64,000 nucleotides of DNA from Epiperipatus broadwayi. Its lineage: Eukaryota; Animalia; Onychophora. The translations under genes were made by a program, and so were the position numbers. The notes under the pieces were generated by a model. It was given only the letters and a program-made list of their open reading frames with translations, was not told where the DNA came from and did no database searches. The stretch is from NCBI GenBank assembly GCA_028023455.1, contig JAQFVV010000005.1:13454001-13518000 (forward strand), read 5' to 3'. Positions 35,111 to 48,029 of the stretch are shown piece by piece; the first letter of the stretch is position 1; each line of letters begins with the position of its first letter.

Positions 35111-35487
35111 TATTATTTTATAAAGCGCAATCGATATTGAAATAATTGAGAGAGTGCAAATCTCCCAAGCGCTTATGACTACAAACAGCCAATCAAATCT
35201 TAAGCACTGGGACAGAGAATTTTAATAAGAAAAGAGCGGTTCCACTCTCTTCTTTACTTGTCTGTCTATATATCCAAGCCAGTCCAAAGTACTTATATTT
35301 GAAAGTGTGAATTTTAAATATCATCACACTTAATTAACCGAATTCAAATTATAAACATACAGCGTGAAATCTTTCGATTGAGAGAGTGCAAATCTCTCAA
35401 GCGCTTATGGCTACAAACAGCCAATCAAATCTTAAGCACTGGGACAGAGAATTATTAAAAGAAAAGAGCGGTTCCACTCTCTTCTTA
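35111..35487. repeat. Unclassified interspersed repeat, copy 2, plus a partial tandem copy (35377-35487)
   Basis: Matches 20621-20890, then restarts at attgagagag via ATT microhomology. Confidence 0.85.
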
Positions 35488-35557
35488 ATTCACTATTTTT
35501 AAACATCACATGATCACCATTTCTTATGTTTGCTCATAACTGTTATTAAAACAGCTC

Positions 35558-36292
35558 CTCACTGATGAAAGCCACAAGCTAGAAATCAGTCTGGGGATGT
35601 TAGATAAGTAGGCACTAGATAGGTATTTTATGCACAAGCCTTCTGGCATCCATTGATTACTCTGGCTTGCGCTGAGTGGCACTACGTATAGTGAGTTTAT
35701 TCACTACGGTAAATAATTGTTTTTCAATCAAGATTTTGTATAAATTAATCTCTGTCTTCATTGTTTAAATAAGTAAAATTATACATATAGTGGAAAAATA
35801 TCAAGCTGTTAATACAGGCATGCAAATTTATATTTGATTCCTCTGGCTCACTTGATGAGCAAAGACCATATGATCACCAATGGTTTAATACCTATTGTTC
35901 CCATGGGATAATGGTGACTGTGATTATTAAATAACCAAAGACACCAAAATATATAGATGCTGAACTGTGTTCAGATCTATATGACTATAAAAGTGAATGA
36001 GCTTGGGTTAGAAACATTATGATGTTTTTATATTGGGCTCATAGCTTTATAGTTAACCAAAAAGATAACTACTGGGTAGTTGCATTAGATCCCAAGATCT
36101 AGATGCAGTGCTTCCAGAGCCAAGGCTACTCACTGATGAAAGCCACAAGCTAGAAACTAGTCTGGAAATATTGGACAAATAAGTACTAGATAGGGATTTT
36201 ATGCATAAACCTTCTTGCATCCATTGATAACTATGGGTTGCAGTAAGTGGTGCTACTGTTTCGAGAGTTTGCTATTATTTGATGAGCAAAGA
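35558..36292. repeat. Diverged direct duplication (period ~571 bp) of a coding-like segment
   Basis: 28-bp exact match ctcactgatgaaagccacaagctagaaa at 35558 and 36129, then ~100 bp of indel-free homology; shared ttgatgagcaaaga at 35852 and 36279. Confidence 0.75.
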
Positions 36293-36800
36293 TTATTGTC
36301 AAAATGCATGCATAGTGTAAGGGGGTAGTTTGAATTTTGCATTGGTGAATAATACAATGTAATGATATTAATATGAGTGCATTGATAAAAATAAAATAAA
36401 AACTTGGAAATATAGAAAATGTAATATATATGTTTATTAATTACATGTGCATGATTTTATCTGTAAATAAGCTCTTTTTAAACAAAAGAAATACATAAAT
36501 TGAAAGTTAAAAAGGTTGATTGTGAAAACAAAAACTAAAAGGTTTAACACAATTTTAAAACAAAATATTAATAACATTAGCTGCTAAACTAAATATAAAA
36601 AAACTTGTGGACATTTCCAATTCTAGAAATTTCAAATCAAAATTCATTTAAAAGTATATATTTTCTATGGGAAAATAACTGGAACAAATAAACTTAAGAA
36701 GAAAGCTAAGAAGGATTGGATTGGTTTTAACAAATAAAAAAGCCCAAAACAACATAATGGCAAAAATCTTTCATGCATATTTGAATTAGTACCAAATATA

Positions 36801-36998
36801 ATGTATACCAAAATTCTCTCCTTAGATTTAAACCATGCATCATAAATGAGCATTAAAATTTAAACTATGACTTTAAATTTTAATGTCAAGGTGGAAGAAT
36901 AGTAAAGATATTTACAATTTAAACCATATCACTCACTGCCAAATCAAACTTATATTTTATATGTATATATATTGCATCCTATATGGTTGATACAGATA
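36801..36998. repeat. ~200-bp dispersed duplication, copy 2 (uninterrupted; shows the pre-insertion state of the RTE site)
   Basis: Matches 31519-31697 plus 34924-34942. Confidence 0.85.
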
Positions 36999-39900
36999 GG
37001 CAGAGTTTAGGAAATAGCTATATTTTAAAAAAAAAATTAAATTTGAGTTCTTTTTTAATATATAATTTTCATGTTATAAATAATAGGGATTCAAACTCAG
37101 TAGCTAAGAGTTTATAAAAGTAGATTAGGTAGTTTGAACTCATTGTTAAATGAATTTAATGTAAAAATCATACTATAAAATATTTAAAATACATTTTTTC
37201 TTTATTCTGGTTTAAAATACTACAGAGAAAGGGTAAGTTTAAATTAGCAGAAAATATTTTATATTATATGGTTAAAATAATTAATTCTGCTTAAAATATT
37301 ATTTAAAATGATTAAATTAATTTAATATTGTTTTATACATGTGCTGAAAGTATCACTTGATAAGATGTGTATGAATACGGGTGCTGTCAGAAAGTTAGAG
37401 AAAGAAAACTTTAATTTTAGCTTATTGATTAATGTTTGATACAATAAAATGTAGCAAATTGTCAGACTTGAGCAATAATGGTGAACCTATTATTATATCA
37501 TGAAAGAGATTATATTGATTATATCATGAAAGAGAGAACAGACAATCAAAAATGTTTAAAAAATGAAGTATATATATATTGAAGCATTTTGCCTGTCTGA
37601 CCAGGTCTCTGTTACACATAAAATGCGTGAGTTAAAAAAGTTATGGAAAAAGAAGAAAGTTTTATTCCTATTTCTAAAAACATAACTATATTTCCTGATC
37701 AACTCTATCTAGTAATTGTTACGATTTACGCTATCGATGAAATCAACTTTTATTTCTTTTATAAGGGCGCCTGGATTCATATAAGAATCCACTGAAATCC
37801 GTCACATCATGTCTCGAAAATTAAAAAAATGCTTTTATCGGTATCATATTTTACCATAATTAGAGTTATTTTCTAGATATTATTATTACTGCTGGAGTTT
37901 AGTCAACACATATTGGCAAAGGTAAATTATATTTTCAAATCTTAACAAACTAACATTAATAAATTTAATAAAAATTATTAATAATGCACAATGAAAAAGT
38001 TGATATTAGAAATATTTTTATTCTAACAAATTAAAATGTTTAAAGATAAATTACTAATTAAATAAAATTGGAGAGAACACATGCTAATCCAGATAATGAA
38101 TCAATTAATATAAAAAAAAACAGTTAAAGTTCTTAGGTACACAAGAGTCTCTTGAACAATAAAATTTAAAGTCTTTATCGGGATTATTTTAAGCTTATTT
38201 TTAAGAATGGTTTGCCGACAATTTAGTCACAATCAGGAATAATAAATCACAGCTTACCAGAAAGCTTAGAGAGTTCACAAAGATTGTAGATTACTATGCA
38301 TAGTTTTTTCTGAATTAGAATGAGCTTGTGGCCATTAGTTTTAACTTGTTCTTGGTCCTGGTTATAATGGCTAGTCACAAAAGCTTTTCTGGGTTTGACG
38401 GTCTTCATGATGAATGATGTCAAAAGCTTTGGTCTACTCCCGCATAAAGAATTATTTCATTGTAGAGTGGTCTTGGATTCCATGGTTCAGGACCAGCCAA
38501 AAAAAGACAATCCAAGACGTTGATCAAACCAGTCTCTTCCTTTTATACTCGAGGTCCAGTTTTCAGACTTCTGCACATGTTATTATTATTATGGCATTTA
38601 GGTTTATAACCTTGTAGATTCTTTATCGTTTTTCAATTATAAAGTTCTCCTTTTTTTATAAAGTTTTTCAGCCATCTTTAATTAGCTAAAATATTTTTCT
38701 TTTAGCTTATCTGGATTAGTAATTTGTGTGTCTTCTGTTCTCTCCAATTTTTACTTTTATTAGATAAAAAAAATGTGGACGAAAATGTTAACTTTCATTG
38801 TACGTTTAAAAAAAATTCTACTAATCAAAAAAAAATATAAATTTACTTTTTTTTAGCTTTTACCAAATGCCAATATATTTGTACCATATATAAATAAATG
38901 GTACAGTATCTAATGTCGAATTTATAAAAAAATATTTCGAAGTGGACATTGGCTAGTTGATTTTCTATCCTATCACTACACCTGTGTATGACTACATGGT
39001 TGTAAAACATTGTGTTTGGTCCTTTTGTCACGAAGTATGTATGACTCATAACAGTTAGTTATAAACTTGACACACATACATATTCATTGCATCATAGAAT
39101 GGGAAGCTGTACCAACTCGGGTATGTAATAGAGCTGAACGAAATGGCAGTTTTGTCATATGAGTCTAGAAGTGTTTAATCATTCAACATTATTTTTTATT
39201 ATTAAAGTTTCTCATCTATATTGTAACCATGTGATATGCCACCTGCTTTTATTAAGACATTTTTAACAATGCAGTATATAATACTTAGTCATAAAAGAAA
39301 ATAAAAGATAAAATAAACTAATAACTAGAGACATGAAACTGTCATTTAATAATATAAATAAAATGATCTCACTTAATAAGCAATATGTCATACATTTATA
39401 GTTAAATAGTTATCTAATAAAAGATATATATATATAACTGCTATCCATATGTAATTAAAACTTAATAAAGTGTGCGTTCATAATGTAAAAATTTTATAAA
39501 AGTTAAAAGAAAGAAAGCTAGCTAGCTGAATGAATGTTTTAATTTTAGTGCTGAAAATTTATTGGGTTACTAAATTGAATGAGCTAGTTAAAATTATTTC
39601 ATTTAATCACCTTCATAATTTATACTTCAGTTAAATCTTAATATAATCCAATAGCATTTAGTTATTTAAAATTTAAGTGGATTATTAAAAGAAGTTAGCC
39701 TTAAATAAGATTAGTTTCACACTCTTAGGAGTGTGAGCATGCATGGCTGTGTAAGTTGACTTTTTAGATCTTTATTTTGATTTATTAAAAATATTCAATT
39801 TATTTATTAACTTTTCAAAATAAAATAGATAATAAAAATTGGCAAACAAAATATTTATTATTCTAAAACTTCTGATAGAAACAAAAAAAAAAATCCACAT

Positions 39901-41499
39901 ATGAAAATCAATAAATTATTACACGTATTTTCTGTTTATTATTTTTATTAAAAAAAAACAACAACTTTATTTCTGTTAAGTAGTTGATTTATTATTAACC
40001 TTGAAATTGAAACACAGAATGCTGACACATGATATTGTTTTTTTTTTTTTTTTGAAATTAAAGAAAAGAGCACGGAACTGAGGGGATTGTTTTGAGTTTC
40101 ATCACGAAGGTTGTCCTAATAAAAAGGTAGAAAAAACAGTGTAACTTTTATTATTTGTCTTTTTGTTTTTAAAACAAGTATAAACTATATTTGTTCTTTA
40201 AAGTCTTCACATCAATGAATTGATGAAGGAGAAATTAAGATATCAGGTTTTTGTGCTTTCTTAAACTAAACGATCTAAAGTTCATAATAATGTGCAAAGA
40301 TCATACTTTTAACTTAACAGATAACTTTAAAATCTTTCAACAAGTGAAAATAGTAATATTAACCGAGATCATATAGAAAATGATAAACAGTCATTTTATG
40401 CTAATAAATCGCGGTCTTAAATGGCAGTAAATTTAAGACCAAGTAAAAAAAATAAGAATAATAAAAATGTTAAAACTGTTCAGAACTAAAATAACTTAAA
40501 TAAATATTCTGGCCTTAATTATAATAAAAAAAAAAAAAAACCAACAAATGTCTAAATGATTTTTTAAAAAAAACCTAGATAAATTGAATACTTTCTAAAA
40601 ATTAAAAATTTGTTAATGAAAATTGGCATATCATTTTATTTATGGTCTGCTTCCCCTGAAAAAACGGAAAACTGTTAATATTTTTTCAATTAAACCGTGG
40701 ATAACTACTAAAATTTTACAGTTAATAATAATTGTACAAAATTGTCATATTCAAACTAGCTAGTTAATATTAAATTGCGTCATATAATGCATCCATACCT
40801 GTTCATGTTTAAAGTAATATATCGTATTCATGTGCTTGTTGTCTACTATCATAGTGAAGTTGTAGCTGCTTTGTTTTTTATACAAAATAAATAAATATAT
40901 TGGTTTGAAAAATACTAATGCATCAATATTATTCCCATAGCTAACGACGTGGGACCTTGCACCATAAATTATCTGCCTACTGTTGAGGAAACTTTACTAA
41001 TGAACTGAATTTATCATCATCATTATTATTGTAATTTTTATTTTGTTTGAAAAAAAAAAGGTAATATAATAGTTATATATTTTATGCTTTATTTTACATG
41101 TCAATGTATCTTACTTTACCATTGTCTCAAGGAGTTTACAATAAAGTGTGCAGAGATTTTTATTTCACACACATAACTTTAAATATATTGGCAAAGAGTT
41201 TAAATTTAAAATTGCTTATTCTTTATAACTTAGGACAAATAATCATTACAAGTGTGTTTATCAGAAGTTTTAATAATTTTCTTAACATCATTCGTAGCAA
41301 AAATTAGATTTTGAATTTGTCTGAGAACAAATTTATTTCATTAACCATTTAATTAATATTTATTGCATCAATCTGTCCACTTAATTTTATAAATATTTAT
41401 TATACTCATTGTTCATGTGCGTATTTTTGATCTTATGCAAATATTTACTATGCTATTTTTATGTGTTTATAGTCGTTTTGATTAATACTTTCCTGTAGG

Positions 41500-41720
41500 T
41501 TTCGGATATTATTTAATGTGTGGATTTAAATGATGGTACAAGCTACTAATTTTTATCATTAGGAATAAATGTGTATCTTGCCAGTGTGAGAAATAGATAT
41601 GCTTTATAGATCTAGATTTATCAAATAGTATATAGGATGTTTATGGGATGGAAATGATCTCCCATTATTATATGTATTTGCCATGAGATGACAGTGTTAC
41701 AAAATATTTTATATAGCTTA
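41500..41720 (-). mobile_element. Possible LINE APE remnant
   Basis: Minus strand YIIMGDHF resembles the GDFN motif; the rest is very decayed. Confidence 0.25.
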
Positions 41721-43850
41721 TTTAGTTAGATTCCATGGAGAGAATCATTTGTCTTTGGTGTGTTTTCTCTTTTCTTAGGTTGTAAGACTGTGTCTCTGCC
41801 TTCACTTATGCTTGATAGATAAGCATGGGAGCCACCATTATTACAGTCAGGTGTCTTGCTCTACGGAGCTTATTTAGTGATGTTGTCCCTCACGTGCTAT
41901 TTAAAAGACTAGATTGTCCACCACGGGTGTAGACTATTGTATTTATAAATGTTATAGCAATGATAGCTAGTTATTGAGGTAGTAATTTTCAGTGCTTTGG
42001 TTGGTCATAATAATATCCGTATTGTGCTACTGTGCTTTGCCAGTAGTATACAAGTAAATCCACAAGATTTAATAACTTAATTCCTTAATTTAAAGCATAG
42101 CATGATGGTAATACGCAGACACAATGCTATTTGTAGATGTCATATGGAGAAATTCGCCGAAGGGTTTATGCTCAATAAATTTTAAATTTAATATTATGTG
42201 GACTTTAAATAAGTTAACTAGCAACATATGTGCGACTTCTGATGAATGTTTTTATTTATCCTTAGTTTTAAAATTAACATAGTGTGAGGCAGTTGTAATG
42301 TAATGAAGACAGTTATCATCATCATATTAGCCAGCTAAGTTAGAAGCAGCAATAAATTATCTTGAAGTTAATCTTCATAATTTTGTTATATGATTTTAAT
42401 AGTGAGATATCATAAAGAACTTAAATTTTTAACTCCTCAGAGTTAAAATAGAAAGGATCTAATAGCTATGTTGTGTAAGCTGTGATTATATTAGTGTGCT
42501 GTAAATATTTTTTTTTTATGTCTAAATGTAATAAATGTATTTTTAAAATTTATTAAAATTTAGTTTTTGAGTATTTTTCTGTGTGAAATTCTTCTCTTTG
42601 GTTCCACAAACCCACAAAATGAAATAAATGTATATTTTCAAATCAGATAATTATAATTCTCATAATCCAAAAATTACTAATAATTAATAATAATAAAAAA
42701 AATGATATCAATTTGTTTAATTAAAATTTTAAATTGACAACTGTTCATTTAAGTATTGCAATGGATGTATCCATCTATAATTCAGACTGCACATTATTAA
42801 CCTCTTATCAGAATTTACATATTGTAAATGAAGTATTTTATTTGTGTTGTTTAGGATAAGAGAGGAAAATGAAATGTACCCTTTTCCTTCTATTATTTGA
42901 ATGCCATTCTAGGTAAAAGGCGATAAATATTCTAAATTTATTTACATGATTTTTTTATTATTAGATATTGGTTGAATAAAGTAATCATTTTCTTTGGCAA
43001 TCTACGTGATTATTATTATGATATTAATCAGATACATTAGCTTATTAGGAAGGGTATGTTCCTAAAGCCTGCTAGAATGTCAGTCATTTGCCTTGCGACA
43101 CTATACCATTATTTTATTTGATAAAATACCAGAAAGAAAACCCCGAGATCTTTATTTGACATTATAAGAAAAGATTACTTCTTTATTCTACAAGATGTAA
43201 AGGGAGTCAAATCATATCATTGGATAATATTAAAACTATACAATAGAGTTAGCCTATTAAGAGAATACATTTGAAAATGCACATAGTTATAGCTCAGAGA
43301 GTTTGATTGAGATGAAGGTGGAAATTTACTGTATTCTAAATTATTTACTATGAAATGATTGAGGTTTTATCTCTTCCCAAAATTATGTTTTATTTGGAAT
43401 AATTTATTCTATCAGAGTTAAGTTCTTTCTTGGTCTTAATTGTCTATTTCTGTAGCTAATTCTTTATATGTAACCAACCACTGAGCTTAGTTTACTTTAT
43501 AATCCTTATTGTTATCTGTAAGAGTCTCAACCCAACCCAGATATTGTGTAAAAGATATGTGCCCAACAATCAGAACTTGTTCGAGTTTTGTTTGAAATAT
43601 TTCTATAAGTTAGAGAGAAGGTCTATAAATTAGGGAGAATCAGAGAGTGATTATTATTGGAAAAAAATCGGTATTTAAGAGGAGTTAGAAAATGAATGTT
43701 AAGTGGAGATCATCTTCTAGATCCTCTTCGTCTTCATTCTCTTTAGGTTACAATATATGTATGTATATCAAATACGTTAATAAGAAATTTCTTCTCAAAT
43801 TATTGTATTCTAAATATAAATATGTTTAGTTGTAGTTGTAGCCCTGTATT

Positions 43851-44160
43851 ATGTCAGCGGTTAAAAATGTAAAAACAAACAATACAAGTTCCAGACCATA
43901 TCAAAACAATGTAGTTTGATAAATATGGTGTGATTGAAAAGAATAAAATGACTGTGTATGTAATTTGTGAAGAAAAAGTCACTTCACATAGATACAATGT
44001 AAAAAGACATTTTGAAAATTGCAGAAAAAATAACATATTTTTTACAAAAGAAAAAAGGGAATCATCCACAAACCAGTGCTTTACAAACTTTTTTGATTCT
44101 AAAAAATAACATTACAGCTGCTAGTTTTCAAGTTGCCCATTACATTGTGTACATGATCAT
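43851..44160 (+). pseudogene. hAT Buster/Charlie (GTF2IRD2-like) transposase N-terminal BED-finger fragment
   Basis: SRPYQNN..DKYGVIEKNKMTVYVICEEKVTSHRYNVKRHFENC followed by NITAASFQVAHYI. Confidence 0.7.
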
Positions 44161-47100
44161 TTGATTCTTGCCTTTTGAGCGCAATAGGTTCAATACTTTA
44201 GTGGAGTGTTTATAGACTATTGAAAAATTTTTTTGTGACAAAATCTTCATTTTGCGGAATTCTAAGTAAGTTCTTAACATATGTTTTAATTTGCATATTT
44301 TAAAATGTATATTAAGTGCTTTATTTTATATTTTCATGATTATATATATAATTCATTATTCATAATTGCTATTTTTTTCAATGAGACAAAATAACAGTTC
44401 CATACAATCTTGATTGAAAAATGATAATTTAGTTTCATTATTGAATTAAAGACATTTTGGAAATATTTTTTAAATTGATTAGTGTTTGAAATTCAGAAAT
44501 TATGAAATTAACATTTATTATTTTATAAACAATGGCTATTATAAGAGACGCGCTATTCACAGAAATGAGTTTTTGTTTTACTTCAATTTATTATTCGAAA
44601 ATGAATTGTTTATCGAAAATTTTGATAAACAAAAGAAAACTTACCACAGTTCAAATACGTAAAATGTTATTTTTTTGTATTAATAATAAATAATTAACTT
44701 TTATTTATGCACAATAATTAATAACTCAAATATTTTGTTCTAGATTCTAATCTAAGAATGAGTAAAAAATTTGAAAGTGGCACTTGCAAATGCAAAGAAG
44801 CTAACACCGATTACTGCTTACATGCATGTGCCAACTAGTACTACTCAATTGGAAGCAATGTTGTATGTGAGGACACAGCCATTGCACCAACTGCAAGTGA
44901 AAATATGGAACTAATTCAAGAGCAACACGAATATACAAACGAGCCACAAGAAAATAATACGAATATTCAGAATTTTTTTTCAGACAACTAATGAGAAACA
45001 TCATGTTCAAGATGTTGCAAATTTAGATAGTGATGTCAAATATATGTCTACTGTAACAGATGTTGGCTTGTGGACAAAATTATCGCAAAATACTGTATCA
45101 TATTGGGTAGAGAAGGGTTCTTCTCAAGTTCAGTACCACTGTGGACCATTTTTAAATTCTAAGCGAGAATATAAGAATCAGTCCAGATTTTGTACAAAAG
45201 CAATTTTTTATTCACAAAAGCCAATGGAGAAAAATATACCTAGAATGGCTAGTGTACTCTCCCTCAAAAGGCCGCGTTTTTTGCTTTGTTTGTAAACACT
45301 TTCCAAATATTGCATCTTCTGCAACAGCATTAACTTCTGATGGGTTTAATGATTGGAAAAACCCTGCTATCATTCACACGCATGAAAATTCGGAAAATCA
45401 TAGTAATGCTATGTTAACGTATTTAACAAGAGCAAAAGGGAAAACTTTAACTTCAAAACTAGAGGAAGAAATAAAAAAAGAGCAGCAATACAGGCGTTAC
45501 ATTATAGAAAAAGTTTTTGCTGTAATTTGCACTTTTGCAGAGCGAGGCTTACCATTTAGAGGAAACAATGAAAAGTTTGGAACTCCAAATAATGGTAATT
45601 ACTTTGGTCTTCTGGAACTAGTAGCAACATTCGATCCATTTTTAAGAGATTATATTGATCGATAAGGAAATACTGGCTCAGGAAAACCATATCTGTCTAA
45701 AACTATTTGTGAGAAAAATAAAGTGAAAGACACAATTGTGGTGGAAGTGAAAAAGGCTGGCTATTTTAGCTTTTCAGTAGATTCCACTCCTGACATATCT
45801 CATACTGATCAGACCTTAATTATTAGATATGTGTCACCTGAAGACAGTTTGCCAACTGAGAGATTTTTAACTTTCCTTGAGCTAAAAGATCACTCAGGGG
45901 AAAGCATAGCTGATTTAGTATTTAACTATATCACTACTGAACTTGAAATTGATTTCAGAAAATGCCGAGGACAGTCTTATGATAATGCAGTCAATATGGC
46001 TGGTAGATACAATGGTATGCAGCAAAAAATTATCGAAAAAAAAAAGTTTGCAAGATTTGTTCCATGCGTTGATCACTCTTTAAATTTAGTAGGTCGTTCA
46101 GCTATTGATTATTGCCTTGATGCTGTTAATTTTTTTGGTGTTGTGAACAAATTTCATATCTTTTTTCCGTCTTTCACAAAAAGATGGGCAGTTCTGAAAT
46201 CACATTTGAAACCTCATTCTAAAGTGCCTAAATATTTATCAGACCCTAGGTGGGAGGCACATGCAAAAGCTACAGAAGCTATTTTAGAAAATAACAATGA
46301 TATCACTGATGCACTCAATTATTTACATTCAGATAATAATACAAAGGGTGATACTAAATTGAGGGCCAACAATCTTTTAGAGAAGATGGAAGAATTTGAA
46401 TTCGTGTTTATGCTTCATTTCTGGAATCGAATACCGAGACATTTTTCAAAAGTAAATAAAATTCTTCAAAGCCCTAATATTTTACTTAGTAGTTGTGCAG
46501 ATTGATACAGGTCACTTTTGGATATTTTACGTGGAATTAGGGAAGATTTTGATGTACTTGAGCAACAAACAAAAAATATGTTGCCAAATACTGAATATAG
46601 AACTGCCAGAAGGATAATAAGAAGTAAAAGGCAAGGGAATTACGAAAATTCATCTGACCCTGATGCCTTAGACGAACTCTCTTCAAGAGATAAATTTAGG
46701 ATTAAGTCATTTATTCCTATATTAGATGCACTAGAATCCAATTTAGGAAGAAGAGCTTCTGTTTATGACGATGTAGTGAAACTATTTCCCTTTCTTGCCG
46801 ACTCTTACATTATCAAAGGTAAAACTTCAAAGAGGTGTTGAGCTACTAATGCAAGAATACCCAGAAGATGTCAACCAAAATCATACTGAAGAACTATTTC
46901 ATTTCCACATATGTGAGACAAACACATAAACCTTCAAAAAATTCCACACTGTCGCATACAGATTTGTATCAAATAATATTCAAAGAAAATATTCAAGTGG
47001 CCTTCCCCAATGTGGAATTAATCTTACGGCTATTTCTCAATTTAATAGTCACTAATTGTACTGGAGAAAGGTCATTTTCAAGACTTTAAAATATCAAAAA

Positions 47101-47854
47101 TCAATTAAAAAGCACAGTGACCCAGTCTTCATTGAGTATTTTGTTCATCGAAAATGAGACTTTCAGAAAAATAGATTTTGATGAACTTATAGAAGAAATC
47201 TATTTAAAAAAGTTTAGAAAGAAATTCTTCTAATCTACTATTTCGTTTTAAATGTATACTTGGATTGAATCAGTTCTTAAATAAAATAACTATTAACATA
47301 AAATTTAATATGATATACAATTTGATATTTTCTTTTTTGTGATCTGGATTTTGTTTGAATAAAGTTCCATTTTTGGTTTAGTTTAAGACTTAAAATTCGT
47401 AATAATTCATACTTAAACTTTAAATGTGAATTATGAAATAAATTTATCTGAATTGAATTTGGTTTAATCTTCAATGTATTGAATATATTTAATTTAATTT
47501 GATAGAAAATATGATAATTTTTATTGCGTATTTTATTTTTGTAGTCAAAGATTTTCATTATTTGAATTTTGTTTCTTTGTAAATGTTGTGTGTTATGTTT
47601 GATTAGTTATTGTTACAAGTACTATATATGGTGCTGAGAATAAAAGTATTCTCGACTTTTTTTTATTTATTATCCGCGTCACATTTTTTATAAAGGTTAG
47701 TACTAATAACAACATGTTTCATTTAACATATTGATATATATCACAGTAATGATGTATTTTATCTCTCATGTAATTTACAAACTTAAAAATGGGAGGTGAA
47801 AGGGCCTCATAAGTGGAATAGCCTAGGGCCTCTTTTCATCTAAATCCGACCCTG
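44160..47854 (+). mobile_element. hAT (Tip100/ZMYM1-like) DNA transposon, right end intact, left end not found
   Basis: Right terminus gggcc..taaatccgaccctg ends at 47854; contains the transposase below. The left boundary is approximate. Confidence 0.75.
44758..47233 (+). pseudogene. hAT transposase pseudogene (TTF-type zinc finger, DUF4371 region, hAT dimerisation domain)
   Basis: YSPSKGRVFCFVCK, GFNDWK, AERGLPFRG, NNGNYFGLLEL, FSFSVDSTPDISHTDQ, ERFL.F, GQSYDNA.NMAG..NGMQ, PCVDHSLNL, S..RWEAH, VTNCTGERSFSRL. Several stops and frameshifts. Confidence 0.93.
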
Positions 47855-48029
47855 CTTAGCGGTCACAATTGAGATTAGTGAGTGCACGACATCACTCTTA
47901 TGTTAGAGAACACTGATAGTTAATAAAAAGTTATTAGTTACACAGTGTGTATTTATTAATTTAGATATTATGACCAAAAACATAACATGGTGTCAGGAGT
48001 GTATTAATGAAATAATAAAAAAAAAATTT

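Noticed and set aside
35558-36200. CTGATGA...GAAA motif (twice) as a hammerhead ribozyme
   Set aside because: The stem II closing pair would be A-A, no UH follows the stem III complement correctly, and no stem I complement exists; the codon-like divergence points to coding origin instead.
36665-36853. 62-aa hydrophobic ORF as a host membrane-protein exon
   Set aside because: F/L/I richness is expected from T-rich sequence, and no coherent multi-exon model could be built.
38200-38620. Possible solo LTR (minus-strand TATAAAAGG, raised GC)
   Set aside because: No TG..CA boundaries or TSD could be defined and there is no second copy in the window.
37000-43800. Host gene in the long AT-rich interval
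   Set aside because: Only short low-complexity ORFs with no recognisable domain; small exons cannot be excluded without RNA data.
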